From positions 58,652,001-58,716,000 of the forward strand of contig OX597825.1 in the NCBI GenBank assembly GCA_951406725.2: a stretch of 64,000 nucleotides of DNA. The letters are read 5' to 3'. The translations under genes and the position numbers were made by a program. This DNA comes from Octopus vulgaris. Taxonomy: Eukaryota. Shown here piece after piece: positions 25,901-39,706 of the stretch. Under the pieces are notes generated by a model. The model searched no databases. It was not told the origin of the DNA and was given only the letters and a program-made list of their open reading frames with translations. How positions within the stretch are numbered: the first letter of the stretch is position 1; each line of letters starts with the position of its first letter.

Positions 25901-28900
25901 GGCAGAGCAAAGGAATGGTGTGTCTGTCAGTTCATTGCTGTTGCTCTTTATCCTTCATTTTGTTCTGACAGAGAAAACCCACATACATGATCAAGAGCTG
26001 TGATTATGTCCATTTTACTGCTATTGATATCTAGGATTACATCATCTAACATGTACATTCCTGTTGATTTATTATATTAACAATAGTAAGAGTGGTGTGA
26101 TTAGGGGGGAAATTTTAGCTGTTATTTCTAGGATGTAGAGGTTACCTAGCTGGTTATATCTTGTAGTTGAATGGTGTGTGTGTGTGAATCAGTAGTTTGC
26201 CAAATGTGTGTTCTGTTGAAGATGAGAGTAATCTAGTTTTACTTTAAGAGAAAAGAATGGTTTGTGCATGAAGAAGAAATGAGAATCCAAGTGATGAACA
26301 TCTTGCTCCATACAGTGAGATTTTTACTGCAAATATCTGTGGATTTACCATTTCTAGAATTTATATATGTGTGTATATATATATATACAAATATATGCAT
26401 ATGTGTACAGTATGTGTACACATACACACACATATATATACACACACACACATATATACACACGCATACATGTATGTGTATATACACACACACCACATGT
26501 ACATGTATGAAAAATGAAGCTGAAATAAAGCAGAAAAACAACAAATTTAACAAGCATCAAAGAATCAAATGAAAACATTTATGAAATATATGAAACAAAA
26601 AATAAAAAAAAGTCAAACCTAAAAAGAAAAACAAACTAAATAAACAAAATTGAAACCGATTCAAAACAAACTGTGTATTATTTCATTTGTGCAGAAATCT
26701 TTTCTCTAGTGATTACTAAAAACTTTAATCCCCTACAGAAAAACAGTTTGATATTCCTCGGTGATAAATTTTATTTCTGGCTTCCAGCTAAAGAATAGCC
26801 AAGTTAAAGATTCGAGATTGCGATAAATTATAATAAAAGAATGTCTTTTGAATGCAAAAGCTCTCCCATCGTGGTGCGAATTTAACGGGAAACATTTCGA
26901 TTTAGAAGTCCAAAAAAAACCAAAAAAACAACAAACAAGGCAGAAGAAAAAAAGAAAGAAATGTAAGAGAGATTTTCTCTTAAGGAAAGGTCGATGGTGT
27001 TATGCAGGCAATATTATCCACTTCTGAACAGCAAAATTAAGCAAATGTGTGTGTGTGTGTGTAGGGTTTTCTGTATGTTTTTGTATGTGTATTGTGTGTG
27101 AATATATATGTTATGTGGTATGTGTGGGTCTTTTTATATGTGTGTGGTTTGTGGTGTGCGTGTAATTTTTAATGTATGTATACATGTCTGTATATGTGTG
27201 TGTGTTGTATTTTGTAGTGTGTTCTGTGTATATGTATGTTATATAGTGTGTACATATGTGCCTATGTGTACCAATGTATATAAGGTTTTCTGTCTGTTTT
27301 CTATATATATTTTGTGTGTCTGTGTGTGTTGTGTGAATGTGTTTGTGTGAATATGTACATGAATGTTGTGTGTGTGTGTCTGCATATTTGGTGTTGTGCA
27401 TCATTTTTGATGTAAGCATATATGCATATGTATGTATGTGTTTCGCAGCCTATGTGTATGCTTGTGTATAGGGTTTTCTGTTTTCTGTATATTTAGTAGT
27501 GGTTTATATGCGTGAGTATGTGTATGTGTTATGTGGTGTGTGTGTTTCCTTGCATTGTATATATGTGCTTTGTATTGTGCGTGCCTTTTTTGCTGTATGT
27601 ATGCATGTGTGTACATATGTGTGTGTGCATGTACTTCATTGTATGTATGCATTTAGAGTTCTGTGTTATAATCTGAATTTTGTATGATTGCTTTTAGTGC
27701 ATATCAGTGTGTGTGTGTGTGTGTATGTGTGCAAGAGCATGATTGTCTGTTGAACCTGTGTTTTGTGCTCTGTGTGTTTGTGTGTAAGTGTTGTGCATTT
27801 TGTGTTGAACTTATGTACTGTGACTCTCGTATGTATGCGTATATGTATATGTTTATATTTTGTGTTGTGTGTGTGTGTGTTTGTCTGTGTACATGTGCTG
27901 TGAGCAATGTGTATGTTCTGAGTTCACTGTATACAAGCATTTGTATAGTAAATAATTTCCACCAGACAAAGGAAGATTCTCGGTGGAAACGGGACAGTAT
28001 AAAGAGTAAGCATTCTCTTCTGGTTTAGGAAAGACAGATCAATGAGATATTGATAGAAGACATATGCTGGTGTGTTTATTGCCAAATTCCAGTGCATGGC
28101 TACGTATGTTTCCAATTGCTCCTTTGGGAGTTTGCCTAACAAGGATGACCTCTTCAGCAGTTTAGCCCAGTGCATTAGGCAACAGTATGGTACCCAATGC
28201 CATGTTCGTATAGCAATCCCATATATAGGAAGTGTATCCAAGATTCACCCAGCATAATCAACAATAATGTTTTCCTCATCACATCACAACCAAACACTTC
28301 ATTTAACCATTTAACCCTTTCGTTACCAGCCCAGCTGAAACTGGCTCTGGAACTGAGTATAAATGTCTTGTTTTCATAAGTTTGGGATTAAAATCTTCCA
28401 CCAAACCTTAATCACAGTTTATGTTCCTAACAGTAGCTAGATGATAACTAAGTTATTTTACTAAATTCTTTGCTATATTTAAAGTAATTGAAAGAAATAC
28501 AGAGCATCTCAAAATAAATACAGTAACGAAAGGGTTAACATTCAAGTTACTCTGTCAAATGTAATGCTAATTCATCCACATTCAATTGAACTAATCATGC
28601 ATTATCTCATATCTTTGGGATTTCAATGATGTGATTGTTTATTTTTAGAATGACATTGCAGGATAGGTATAAGAGGCCAAATCTGGCCAGTTTGAACATA
28701 AAACAGGTAAAATATTTGGACCAGATAATGGCCAGTTTAAACGCTAAAGGGTTAGCATAAATTGACCTGCATTAATGTTTCCTAAATTTTTGAACCTTCA
28801 TACCAAGAAGAGTTGATGGCAAGTGCCAAGTCTGAGTAACTTGTGTCCTGTGGTTATATGGGAAACATCTGTTGTGGGATGTAGTGGTGGCAGCAGGTAC

Positions 28901-30355
28901 ACGCAGTGCCACGCTGATTTTACCTGAGAATTACATTAAGGGTGTACATGCATGGCTGTGTGGTAAGAAGCTTGCTTCCCAAACACATAATTCCAGGTTT
29001 AGTCCCACTGCATGGCACCTTGGGCAAGTGTTTCCTAATAGAGCTTCAGGCCAACCAAAAACTTGTGAGTGGATGTGGTTGACAGAAACTGAAAGAAGCC
29101 CTTTGTAAAAGTATATATATATATATATATATATGTATGCATGTGTGTGTGTGTGTGTCTGCTGAGTGGCTGGTTTTAGGAAGGACATCCAGCTGTAAAA
29201 ATCCTGCCAAAACAGTCACAGAAGTCCATTGCAGGCTTCAGCCTGGCCGGTTCTTGTGGTACTGTCCCACCCATGCTACCATGGAACACAGACGTTAAAG
29301 GATGTACATATTTGTGTGTGTATGTGTCTGTGTGTCTGTGTTTGTCCCCCCACCATCGCTTGACAACCGATGCTGGTGTGTTTGCATCCCCCGTAACCTA
29401 GCGGTTCGACAAAAGACACCAATAAAATAAGTACTAGGCTTACAAAGAATAAGTCCTGGGGTCGATTTCTTCAACTAAAGCCCTTTAAGGTGGTGTTTCA
29501 GCATGGTCAGTCAAATGGCTGAAACAAGTAAAAAGAAAAAGAATGTCTGTGGAATACTCAGCCACTTATATGTTAATTCAGGGACAGGTAACTCAGTTGA
29601 TCAGACAACTGAATCTTCATTGTCAAATGATGGAAATCCACCACCACCACCACCAGCATCTTGACTAAGTAGATATCTAGTCAGACATCTTCCAATTATA
29701 GCCATCTTGTCTTTAGTTTTTTTTTCCTTTTTAGGCATGGTGTTTCTGGGACTATGTCCATCCAGTGAATCTGTTATTAAATATGGCTGGGTGTGGTGTA
29801 ATTCAAGAGAGATTGTCTTTTTTTGAGGGAATGAATGTTTTCCTCATCACATCACAACCAAACACTTCATTTAACCATTTAACCCTTTCGTTACCAGCCC
29901 AGCTGAAACTGGCTCTGGAACTGAGTATAAATGTCTTGTTTTCATAAGTTTTGGATTAAAATCTTCCACCAAACCTTAATCACAGTTTATGTTCCTAACA
30001 GTAGCTAGATGATAACTAAGTTATTTTACAAAATTCTTTGCTATATTTAGTCATTGTCAAATCAGTATTGTTGTGGTTGTTGTGGTTTTGCCCTGGATTG
30101 CCCCTTAAATAAGGGACCTATGTCAAAAGGTGTTTCAACTATGACCGTCTTTTTGTATGTCTATGACTAAATTTCTGATCTGTTTTACCTATCAATTTTT
30201 AATTCAGAAGAATGCTATTTTTAGTATGTCAATTGACTACATAAAGGCTCCCTTATTGCTTTGTATTGTAATCATAGTTGCCATTGTTGTTTATTCTTTT
30301 TTAACTGTTTGTTGCTTCTCATTTTGTCTTTGCCAAACCTTAATATATCTTTTAA

Positions 30356-30965
30356 CCCCTTAGTATTCATATTCTGTCATATGTAATGCTTATTTATTCA
30401 CATCACTTTGACTTCATGCATTATCTCATAACTTTGAGATTGTTTATTTTTAAATGACAATGTAGGTTATATTTGAGAGACCAGATCAGGCCAGTTTGAA
30501 AATAAAATAAGCAGGAGTGGCTGTGTGGTAAGTAGCTTGCTTACCAACCACATGGTTCCGGGTTCATTCCCACTGCGTGGTACCTTGGGCAAGTGTCTTC
30601 TACTATAGCCTCGGGCTGACCAAAACCTTGTGAGTGGATTTGGTAGACAGAAACTGAAAGAAGCCCATCGTATATATGTATATATGTATGTGTTTGTATA
30701 TGTTTGTGTGTCTGTGTTTGTGGCCCCAACATCGCTTGACAACCGATGCTGGTGTGTTTACGTCCCTGTAACTTAGCGGTTTGGCAAAAAGAGAACCGAT
30801 AGAATAAGTACAAGGCTTACAAAGAATAAGTCCTCTGGTCCATTTGCTCAACTAAAGGCAATGCTCCAGCATGGCCACAGTCAAATCACTGAAACAAGTA
30901 AAAGAGTAAAGTGTAAAAGAGAGAGAATATTTGGGCTGGAATTGGCTGGTTTAAATTCTAAAGGG
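30356..30965. mobile_element. Family 2 piggyBac-type MITE with nested SINE A (30511-30915)
   Basis: ttaa cccctta...ctaaaggg ttaa; MITE sequence resumes after the SINE tail; ends 95 bp upstream of the exon. Confidence 0.8.
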
Positions 30966-31024
30966 TTAAATTACATAAATCCTATATAATAATTCTATAA
31001 TTAATGCTAGTTTAATTAGCAATT

Positions 31025-31060
31025 TACTAATGTATGTATATATTTTTTTATATTTTGCAG
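31025..31060 (+). promoter_or_regulatory. 3' splice site (branch point, polypyrimidine tract, CAG) of the channel terminal exon
   Basis: tactaat...tattttttta tattttgcag directly before the in-frame M3 sequence. Confidence 0.8.
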
Positions 31061-31617
31061 GAGTTTTCCTTATCTTGGTGATGACGTTGAATTGTGTTTC
31101 ACTGATCATGGCGACCGTTGTGATGAACATTCGCAAACATGCTGACGAGAAGCTATGTCCAAAAGTACCGCCCTGTCTGCTATGGATGTGCAAAAAATGC
31201 CTGAGTAAGTTCACCATCACCAGACTTCGAGACTGGCAGCACCCAATCGTGTCTTGTGAAGAGATGCGAGGATCAAGAATGTTAGCCACATCGCTTAGCG
31301 ACCTCTTGGAAATGAGTGAAGCAAACACGACGGATTTCCCTACATGCAAAGAATTAACAAAAAATACCCAAGATGGCGAATCGCAACAGAGCCATACAAT
31401 TTGTTGCCATCCGAGCAACTACAGATCCAGTTACGACACGGACAGTGTGACCAATATGGGAATTGTGTCGCTGACTCGGCGAAAATATGAATGGTACTTC
31501 TGTGCAGAGGTCGTGGACAAGTTTTCGTTTTTTATATATGGAGTTATAATGGGAGTAACAATTCTAACTAGTCTTGTCATTGTTCCCTATACACAGTCAC
31601 GTAGCTACAAGGGATAG
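31061..31617 (+). CDS. Terminal coding exon of a Cys-loop ligand-gated ion channel subunit (nicotinic acetylcholine receptor-like): M3, intracellular loop, MA helix, M4, stop
   Basis: Branch-point-like TACTAAT (31025-31031), pyrimidine tract and TTTTGCAG acceptor ending at 31060, phase-1 entry (g|GA GTT TTC). Translation GVFLILVMTLNCVSLIMATVVMNIRKH (M3 with the T-x-x-x-N motif), PKVPPCLLW (post-M3/MX), RRKYEWYFCAEVVDKFSFFIYGVIMGVTILTSLVIVPY (EW..A.V.D MA-M4 signature), TAG at 31615-31617. The ORF-track ATG at 31030 is intronic. Confidence 0.9.
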
Positions 31618-31801
31618 GTTTCTAAGAATATTCAAAAACTCCCCGGACCCAGTCAAAATCTAAAGCAAAAATGCACAAGCCATATTTAAAATGCATGTCA
31701 AATGCATGTTGTCTGAAAGCAAAAGCATGTGTACAGCTGTCAATGCATGTGTGTGTGATAGAGACTGTATATGTGTGTGTATGTATATGTGTATGTATAT
31801 G

Positions 31802-31833
<32 letters not shown>

Positions 31834-31884
31834 CTAGCACACATTGCGTGTATTTATATGTGTGTGTATGTATATGTATATATG

Positions 31885-31944
<60 letters not shown>

Positions 31945-32194
31945 TAAAAGAAGAAAGTAGCCAGACGTTGGAGAATTACTGTTTATTATTATTTATGATA
32001 ATCTTGCAAGTGCTTTCATTCCTACTGGAATTTTTCACAAGTTTTGAAAAATTCCAGTTGGAATGAAAGCACTTATAAGAATACCATAGATAATAATAAT
32101 AACAAGTTCTCTATCTTCTAACTATTTCCTTTCATTAATATATAAAATCTGTACACCACTGCAGATATTCTATACTTACATATATGTATATATG

Positions 32195-32308
<114 letters not shown>

Positions 32309-33226
32309 TACACACACACACATATATACATCTCTGTTACACGTATGCAAGTGTGTGTGCCTGAGTGTGTTTCTGGTGAAAGTCAACCAAAAGAAATCAA
32401 TACTAAAATATTAATACACGAACAATTATTACCTCCCTTTTATTCGCTCTTCACTTTTTCTGGCTTAGTTAAATGTTGCCAGGATGTCAGCATAAAGATT
32501 ATTAATAACAATGTTTTTATAACACTTCCCTTATTTCTCTATTTCTCTTCTCTTTCCATGCCCTCTCTCTTTCTCTTCAATCACATTCTACGTTTCTCAC
32601 TTGTTTTTCCCTTTCTTCATTACCATTTTTCTATCTTCTATTTTTTTACACATTCTTTCTCTTTTATCTCTCTATGTATCTCTCTCTCTGTATGTATCTC
32701 TCTCTCTGTATGTATCTCTCTCTCTGTATGTATCTCTCTCTCTCTCTCTATCTATCGATCTAACTATCTATCTATCTACTTATCTATTACAATCTATTTC
32801 TGCTACTTTTTTCTCCTAACAATTCCAACCCTGTCTCTTTCCCACGTTTTCATCTTCTGCATCTATTCATCTTTCTTAATTTTTTTCCATTCTGTTTTGA
32901 TAGTCATTTCTTGACTCCTATTTCTTATACTCTTTCTTGACTCCTATTTCTGCATGCATTATTTACCCACCATATTTTATCTTATATACACCTCTTTCTC
33001 TATATTCTTCTATATCCATTATACTCCTCTACCAACCTTTTCTACATCTCTCTCTCTCTCTTTATCTACTTTTACTCTTTGTTCACCTAATATTCTTTTA
33101 CCTGTCTTTCCATATTCCACACTGAATCTCAACTTATCTATTTACTTCATTCTATCTTTCTTCATTTCCCTAACCCTCATCCTCTCTCTTTCTCTCTCAC
33201 TCACCATGCCTCTAACTCAATTCACC

Positions 33227-33270
<44 letters not shown>

Positions 33271-33915
33271 GTCATCCACCCCTGCTTCTCTCTCTGTCTC
33301 TGACTGTCTCTCTCTCTCATTCACTTCTACTTCTCTCTCTTTTACCTCACTTCTCTCTCTCTCTCTCATTAAAATAAAGGCGTTATGTAGAGAAACCGTT
33401 CCACTAGCAGAGTTGAGATGACATTTTCTATGGAACTATGAAATATTACATATATATATATATATACGCACACATACATATAAATGATAGACATACACAC
33501 ACTCATATATGTATGTGTATATGTTTATATATATATATATATATATATATACTAATTTATTTATTTTTAATGGTGGAACTGGAAGTAGATAAAGCTATAA
33601 ATAATAGCATGTAGAATATTGGGTTAAATAGCCCCTTGGATGGAAAGAAAAGTCAATGGTTAACCACGGGACTTGGACCCACATCTTTAAACATATAAGA
33701 CGAATCATGCGCCATTTATTGCCAATTTATCTGTAGTCTGTTACTGCTGCTGCTGATATTGTTGCTGTTGATGTTGTTGCTGCTGGTGTTGTTAGGGTCC
33801 AGATTCAAAGGAGAGATTTTACTGCAGAAATTGATAAAGAAAATAGCATAAAATTTTAATTTCAGAAGAAGTTGCAGGAGAGCTTGTCTTTCTCTCATTT
33901 CCCTTTATTATTATT

Positions 33916-34315
33916 AAGGCGGCGAGCTGGCAGAATCGTTAGCACGCCGGGCGAAATGTGTAGCCGTATTTCGTCTGCCGTTAACGTTCTGAGTTCAAAT
34001 TCCGCCGAGGTCGACTTTGCCTTTCATCCTTTTGGGGTCGATTAAATAAGTACCAGTTACACACTGGGGTCGATATAATCGACTTAATCCCTTTGTCTGT
34101 CCTTGTTTGTTTTCTCTGTGTTTAGCCCCTTGTGGGTAGTAAAGAAATAGGTATTTCATCTGCCTTTATGTTCTCAGTTCAAATACCGCCATGATCAACT
34201 TTGTCTTTCACTCTTTCGGGGTTGATAAATTAAGTACCAGTTGCGTACTGGGTCGATCTAATCAACTGGCTCCCTCCCACCAAATTTCGGCCCTTGTGCC
34301 TATAGTAGAAAGGAT
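33916..34315 (+). mobile_element. Family B SINE, young dimeric copy
   Basis: aaggcggcgagctggcagaatcgttagcacgccgggcgaaatg with CpGs retained; second body block follows. Confidence 0.9.
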
Positions 34316-34867
34316 TATTATTATTATTATCATTATTTTTACAATTGTCACCATCAGGTAGCTTGGTAGAATTGTTTGAAGGTTAAACAAATCTTGTTAT
34401 GACCCTTTAGATCTTGATTTCAAATTACACTGAAGTCGACTTTGTCTTTCTTCCTTTCAGGGTTGATAAAAAGTTTTTGGTCAAGTACTGGGGTTGATAT
34501 GGTCAACTGCTGCACCACTTCACTACATTTCTGACATTGCTGTTGTTGTTCTTGTTGTTTCTTCTTCTTCTTCTTCTTCTTCTTCTTCTTCTTCTTCTTC
34601 GTCTTCTTCTTCTTCTTCTTCTTCTTCTTTCCTACATTCTTATGCTCTGTGTTCAAATTCTACCTAGGTTAACATTAGTACCAGTTAAACACTAGGGTCA
34701 ATGTTAACAACTACCCTCCTCTCTTAAAATTTCTGGCCATATGCAAAAAATTTGAAACCATTGTTGTTGTTATTATTATCATTATTATTATTATTAAGGT
34801 TGCGAGCTGGCAGATAATAATTGACTTACCTCCTCCCCTTGTGTCTATAGTAGAAGAATTATTATTA

Positions 34868-34904
<37 letters not shown>

Positions 34905-35218
34905 TATTATTATTATCATTATTATTATGCGAGCCAATATAATTATATATCTCCTCTCTTAAAATTTCTGGCCATATGCAAAAAATTTGAAACCATTGTT
35001 GTTGTTATTATTATCATTATTATTATTATTAAGGTTGCGAGCTGGCAGAATCATTAGCATGCCGAGCAAAATGGTTAGTGCCATTTTGTCCATCTTCACT
35101 TTCTGAGTTCAAATTCTGTCAAGATTGACTTTGCCTTTCATCCTTTTAGGGTCGATAAAAATAAGTAATAATTGACTTACCTCCTCCCCTTGTGTCTATA
35201 GTAGAAGGATTATTATTA

Positions 35219-35255
<37 letters not shown>

Positions 35256-35296
35256 TATTATTATTATCATTATTATTATGCGAGCCAATATAATTA

Positions 35297-35338
<42 letters not shown>

Positions 35339-36077
35339 GTCCTATAATGCATCTTAGATCATCCAAGTGGCAATCAAATTAAAAATTCTTGGTTGATGTT
35401 ACAAGAATGAAACCATTGATGATCTGAAGAGAGAAAATGAAGAAATGTTACGTTCATGTCAGCATTGCCCCAAGTTATTATTCATAGTATATGGAAAGTG
35501 AAACCTTACCCAAGAATATTTTATATATTTCTGACCACAAGATAATTTTGTACCTGTTTTTGTTCTCTTTTACTTTCCATATAACCATCACTAATCCAAA
35601 CTACCAACAACAACAACAACATCAATAACAGAGAAATAGACTACCAGTCAGTGGTTCAAATCATTTCAGAGGTGTTGCGTTTTTGCCTTGTGTCCATGAT
35701 CAAGGCAGATTAGAATAGCTGGCCACTGAAAGCAGTAAAAGCACTGTAAAGATGATGATTGTATTGTTACTTCAGTGTTCAAACTTCAGTTCAATCTATT
35801 GACTTGGAGTCAGAGCAGATATACTACCAATGTGGTGTTACTGGTAATTCTGTTGATACCACTCAAGAATGGAAGCATTTGCTGAAAGGAAAGTCTGTTA
35901 GCCACACTCAGAAACTGTATTCAAACAACGAACATAATTATTATGGCCGAGCAGAATGATTGTACTAATCACTCTGTAATCAACATTTTCAAGGATGAAA
36001 CCAAGGGGTTTATGAGTTTTACTGTTATAAGGAAAAATTACTTATGGATATATGTATGTATATATATATATATGTAT

Positions 36078-36109
<32 letters not shown>

Positions 36110-36142
36110 GTATGTTATATATAATATATATATATATGTATG

Positions 36143-36192
<50 letters not shown>

Positions 36193-38047
36193 GCATAAAT
36201 GTACATGCAGATATATACGTACCAATGCACACACACTGACATATACAGAAGTAGCATAATAAATAATAATAATAATGGTTTCAAATTTTGCCTCAAGGGC
36301 AGCTATTTTGGTGGAGGGGATAAGTCAATTACATTGACCCCAGTGTTTCAGTGGGTCTTAATGTATCGACCCCAAAAGGATGAAAGGTAAAGTAATAATA
36401 ATAATAATAATGGTTCCTGATTTAGGTAAAATGCCAGCAATTTTGAGGGGAAGAATTTACTTGACTGGTCCTTAATTTTATCGACCCTAAAAGGTAAAGT
36501 TGACCTCGTTGCGATTTGAACCCAGAACAACACAGTAAAATAGATGTAGTATAGAAACACAACTCTACATTCACAAAACACAATCTTACACAAACATTTT
36601 GAACATGGAAATGTACCCGGTGGTGTAGTTGAAGCTCACATGGATCTGTTGAAAACATAATGATGATTAAGATAGCAATGATGTTGCTATACTGCCGAGT
36701 ATTGTGAAGATGGCGCGATTGCCACCATCAAAAATTATGATGAAGAGAGAGATAATGATAACAATGAATATATTAACTTCCTCTAGAGTTATTAATATAT
36801 ACATTTAAAAAAAACACCTTGTAGAACAATATTCAGTGAGCTTCTCATACAGTTAAACTAAATAAAGGATGTGCAGTTCAGATTCAGGTAAGGAAGTGCT
36901 ATTTAGTGTAAACTTGATCAACGAAGTGGCTTCAATTGGTTGTGTTGAGATGAAATAACCTAGTAGGTAAAATGGTGAGAATTCTAGCCCTTGTGCTGGA
37001 AGATCAAATCCACTACAGGTGTTTCATTGTATCTCAGGGATGGTTGCCTCTTTTGGCATAAACTCAATTCACTTATATATCAGAAATGGTTACATAGATT
37101 TTATTTTTAATATAGGAAAAATCTGTCATTAATAGACTAGTATTCTGTCCTATCTTGTATTTATTTCCCAATTAACTGTTCATTGATTTAAGGTATAAGT
37201 GGCTGAGTATTTCACAGACATGTGTACACATAATATAACCTTCTTGCAGAGTTGGTTTAATTCTATGTGACAAGGCTAGACCTTTAAATTACAGGTACAA
37301 TCCATCAGACAGGCTTCTATACAGTCTCCAGTTACCCAGTTTAACTCACAAGGCTTGTATTGAACCAAGGATATGATAAAAAACATTTACCCAAGATGCC
37401 ATGCAGGGGGATTGAACCCAGGACCTCATGGTTGTGAAGCAGCCTTCTTAACTATTTGGCCATGCTGTGTCTATATGTTTCCCGCTGTGTTCTAATAGAT
37501 TTGTAATCTGTACAACTGGTGAAAGGATTAAAATTAGCCTTCTCATCAGTCATCACATCCAAAGATGATTGTCTTAATTTAAAACTGGTCTAGCAATTCA
37601 TGAATCCTATCAACAGTACTACTTCATACCTATGACCAAACATTTTATCTGTCAATATTCCATGTCCACTTAGTTGTAAATAGGTTTCATACAATGCAGT
37701 GTTGCATTGCTGTATAAGCATAATATAATTAATTGATACTTTCTTGGTTTCTGGACTCGAGAAAAATAGTCTGAGAGTGTTGTGGCAATAAGCATGAATG
37801 CCAGTTCTGAAATGTGATGATAGAAGGGCTTTCAAGATTTTTAGCTGCTTTTATTTACTTATTTAAGCAGTGGTCAGAGTTCAAAGGCATGGAGGAAGAC
37901 AACAACACCAGCTGCAACTAAGTATAGCAGAATTGGTTAGCTAAATAGGATCTTAGAAATTTCAAAAAATATGTATGTATTTACATGTTTGTGTGTGCGT
38001 GTGTGTATATATATACTTGTATGCATCTGTGCACATATACATATATA

Positions 38048-38103
<56 letters not shown>

Positions 38104-38630
38104 TATATGCATGCACTTCCCCACACTCATGTACACAAAATACATATACATAAGCATATAGATACATACATTTTCTATATATATATACATACATACATGC
38201 ACCACTGCTTTTGAAGAAACCAAAAAAAGGGGAAAAAAATGAAGAAAAAAAATCTTCACTTTTAAAAAAAAAAAGCAAACAAACTTTAATCCTGCTTTTC
38301 CTTCAACTTCAACTAAAGCATTTTTTAAAAAATTTCTTTGCGAAGGGTTCTGCTCCCTATCCTGCATCAGGACCCCTGTGGTCCCATTCAAATGCCTCAC
38401 CTTGCGAAGACCATCGAAATATGGCTGACAAAAGAAGACTTGTGTATTCAAGGGAAAATGTGATAGATCGAAAGAAAAAAATATATATAAAAGTTTCTTT
38501 ATTAAATAATTCAGCCTTCAAGTTTTTTATTTTCATTTGTGTTCTCTGATATTTTCTGGTTTTTTTTCTTTATTTCTTTCTTGATCCTTTTGCTAATGCT
38601 GCTGTTTGTTTGCTCTTTGAATTACCTTTG

Positions 38631-38667
<37 letters not shown>

Positions 38668-38684
38668 GTGTGTATGTGTGTAGA

Positions 38685-39549
38685 CATGGTGTCTCAAAAG
38701 TCACTGATGGGTTTCAATTTTTAATAACTTTCGTATCTTCACAAATAAATGCATGAAATTTTGATACAATATAAAGGACATCATGGAAATTAATATACAC
38801 AAATCAAATTTTGCAACACCACTACATCACATACGAAAAATGACATTGCTTAAATGGTAGCCATTTTCGGCTCTGCACATCCATACTCTTTTCAAAATTT
38901 GCACCATAACACCCTCAAGAGTTTCAGACCCCACTTCTCTGATTTCTCTATTGATGTTCTTCAGTTGCACCAGGGTCTCTGGTTTGTTGATGTAAACCCT
39001 CTCTTTTAGGTATCCATGATTGAGACCTTTTAGTGCCTGGCCATTCAAAGTAGACCTCACACATGGTTCCAGCAAGTTGGGTCAACTGCTCATACTGCAA
39101 GAGAAACAATGCAGTTGCTATGGCAGTGCTTTAGAGAGAGAATATTCTCCCACTACGGCAATGTCAACTGGCCATCATGTTCCTCAGACTCGATTAGCCC
39201 ATATTTTTTCTTGTGGGGATACCTGAAAAAGAGGGTTTATGCCAACAAACTGGAGAACCTGGTGCAACTGAAGTAGAACATCAATAGAGAAATCAGAGAA
39301 GTGGGGTCTGAAACTCTTGAGGGTGTTATGGTGCAAGTTTTGGAAAGAGTACAGGCATGCAAAGCTGAAAACAGCTGCATTTAAGCAATGTCATTTTTTA
39401 TATGTAATGTAGTGGTGTTGCAAAATTTGACTTGTGCATATTAATTTCCATTATGTCCTTTATATTCTGTCAAAATTTCATGCATTTATTTATAAAGTTA
39501 AGGAAGTTATTAAAAATTGAAACCTATCGGTGACTTTTGGGACACTCTG
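38685..39549. mobile_element. Tc1/mariner-derived fold-back element built from two transposase 3' ends
   Basis: Right arm encodes VNWPSCSSDSISPYFFLWGYLKKRVYANK...NINREIREVGSETLEGVM (WPPRSPDL..DFFLWGYLK-like); 38685-39015 is its inverted copy; TIR ca.ggtgtc.caaaagtca with TA at the right end. Another 3' end lies at about 54878-55063. Confidence 0.85.
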
Positions 39550-39661
39550 TATATGTATACATATATATATATATATATATATATGGTAAATGAAAGACGG
39601 AAGATGGAAGAGACCATGCTTTAGTAGTAAGCTTCCAGGTATAAACCATTCATTTTATTAT

Positions 39662-39706
<45 letters not shown>

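Noticed and set aside
30966-31418. 150-aa minus-strand ORF
   Set aside because: Antisense shadow of the channel exon
33655-33715. tRNA-like sequence on the minus strand
   Set aside because: Only a degenerate T-arm-like motif; cloverleaf cannot be built. SINE heads elsewhere were likewise not called as tRNA genes
35759-35959. 66-aa ORF with a possible acceptor
   Set aside because: No recognisable homology; lies downstream of the stop codon
37515-37555. Minus-strand CUGAUGA followed by a short stem
   Set aside because: No GAAA or stem III follows
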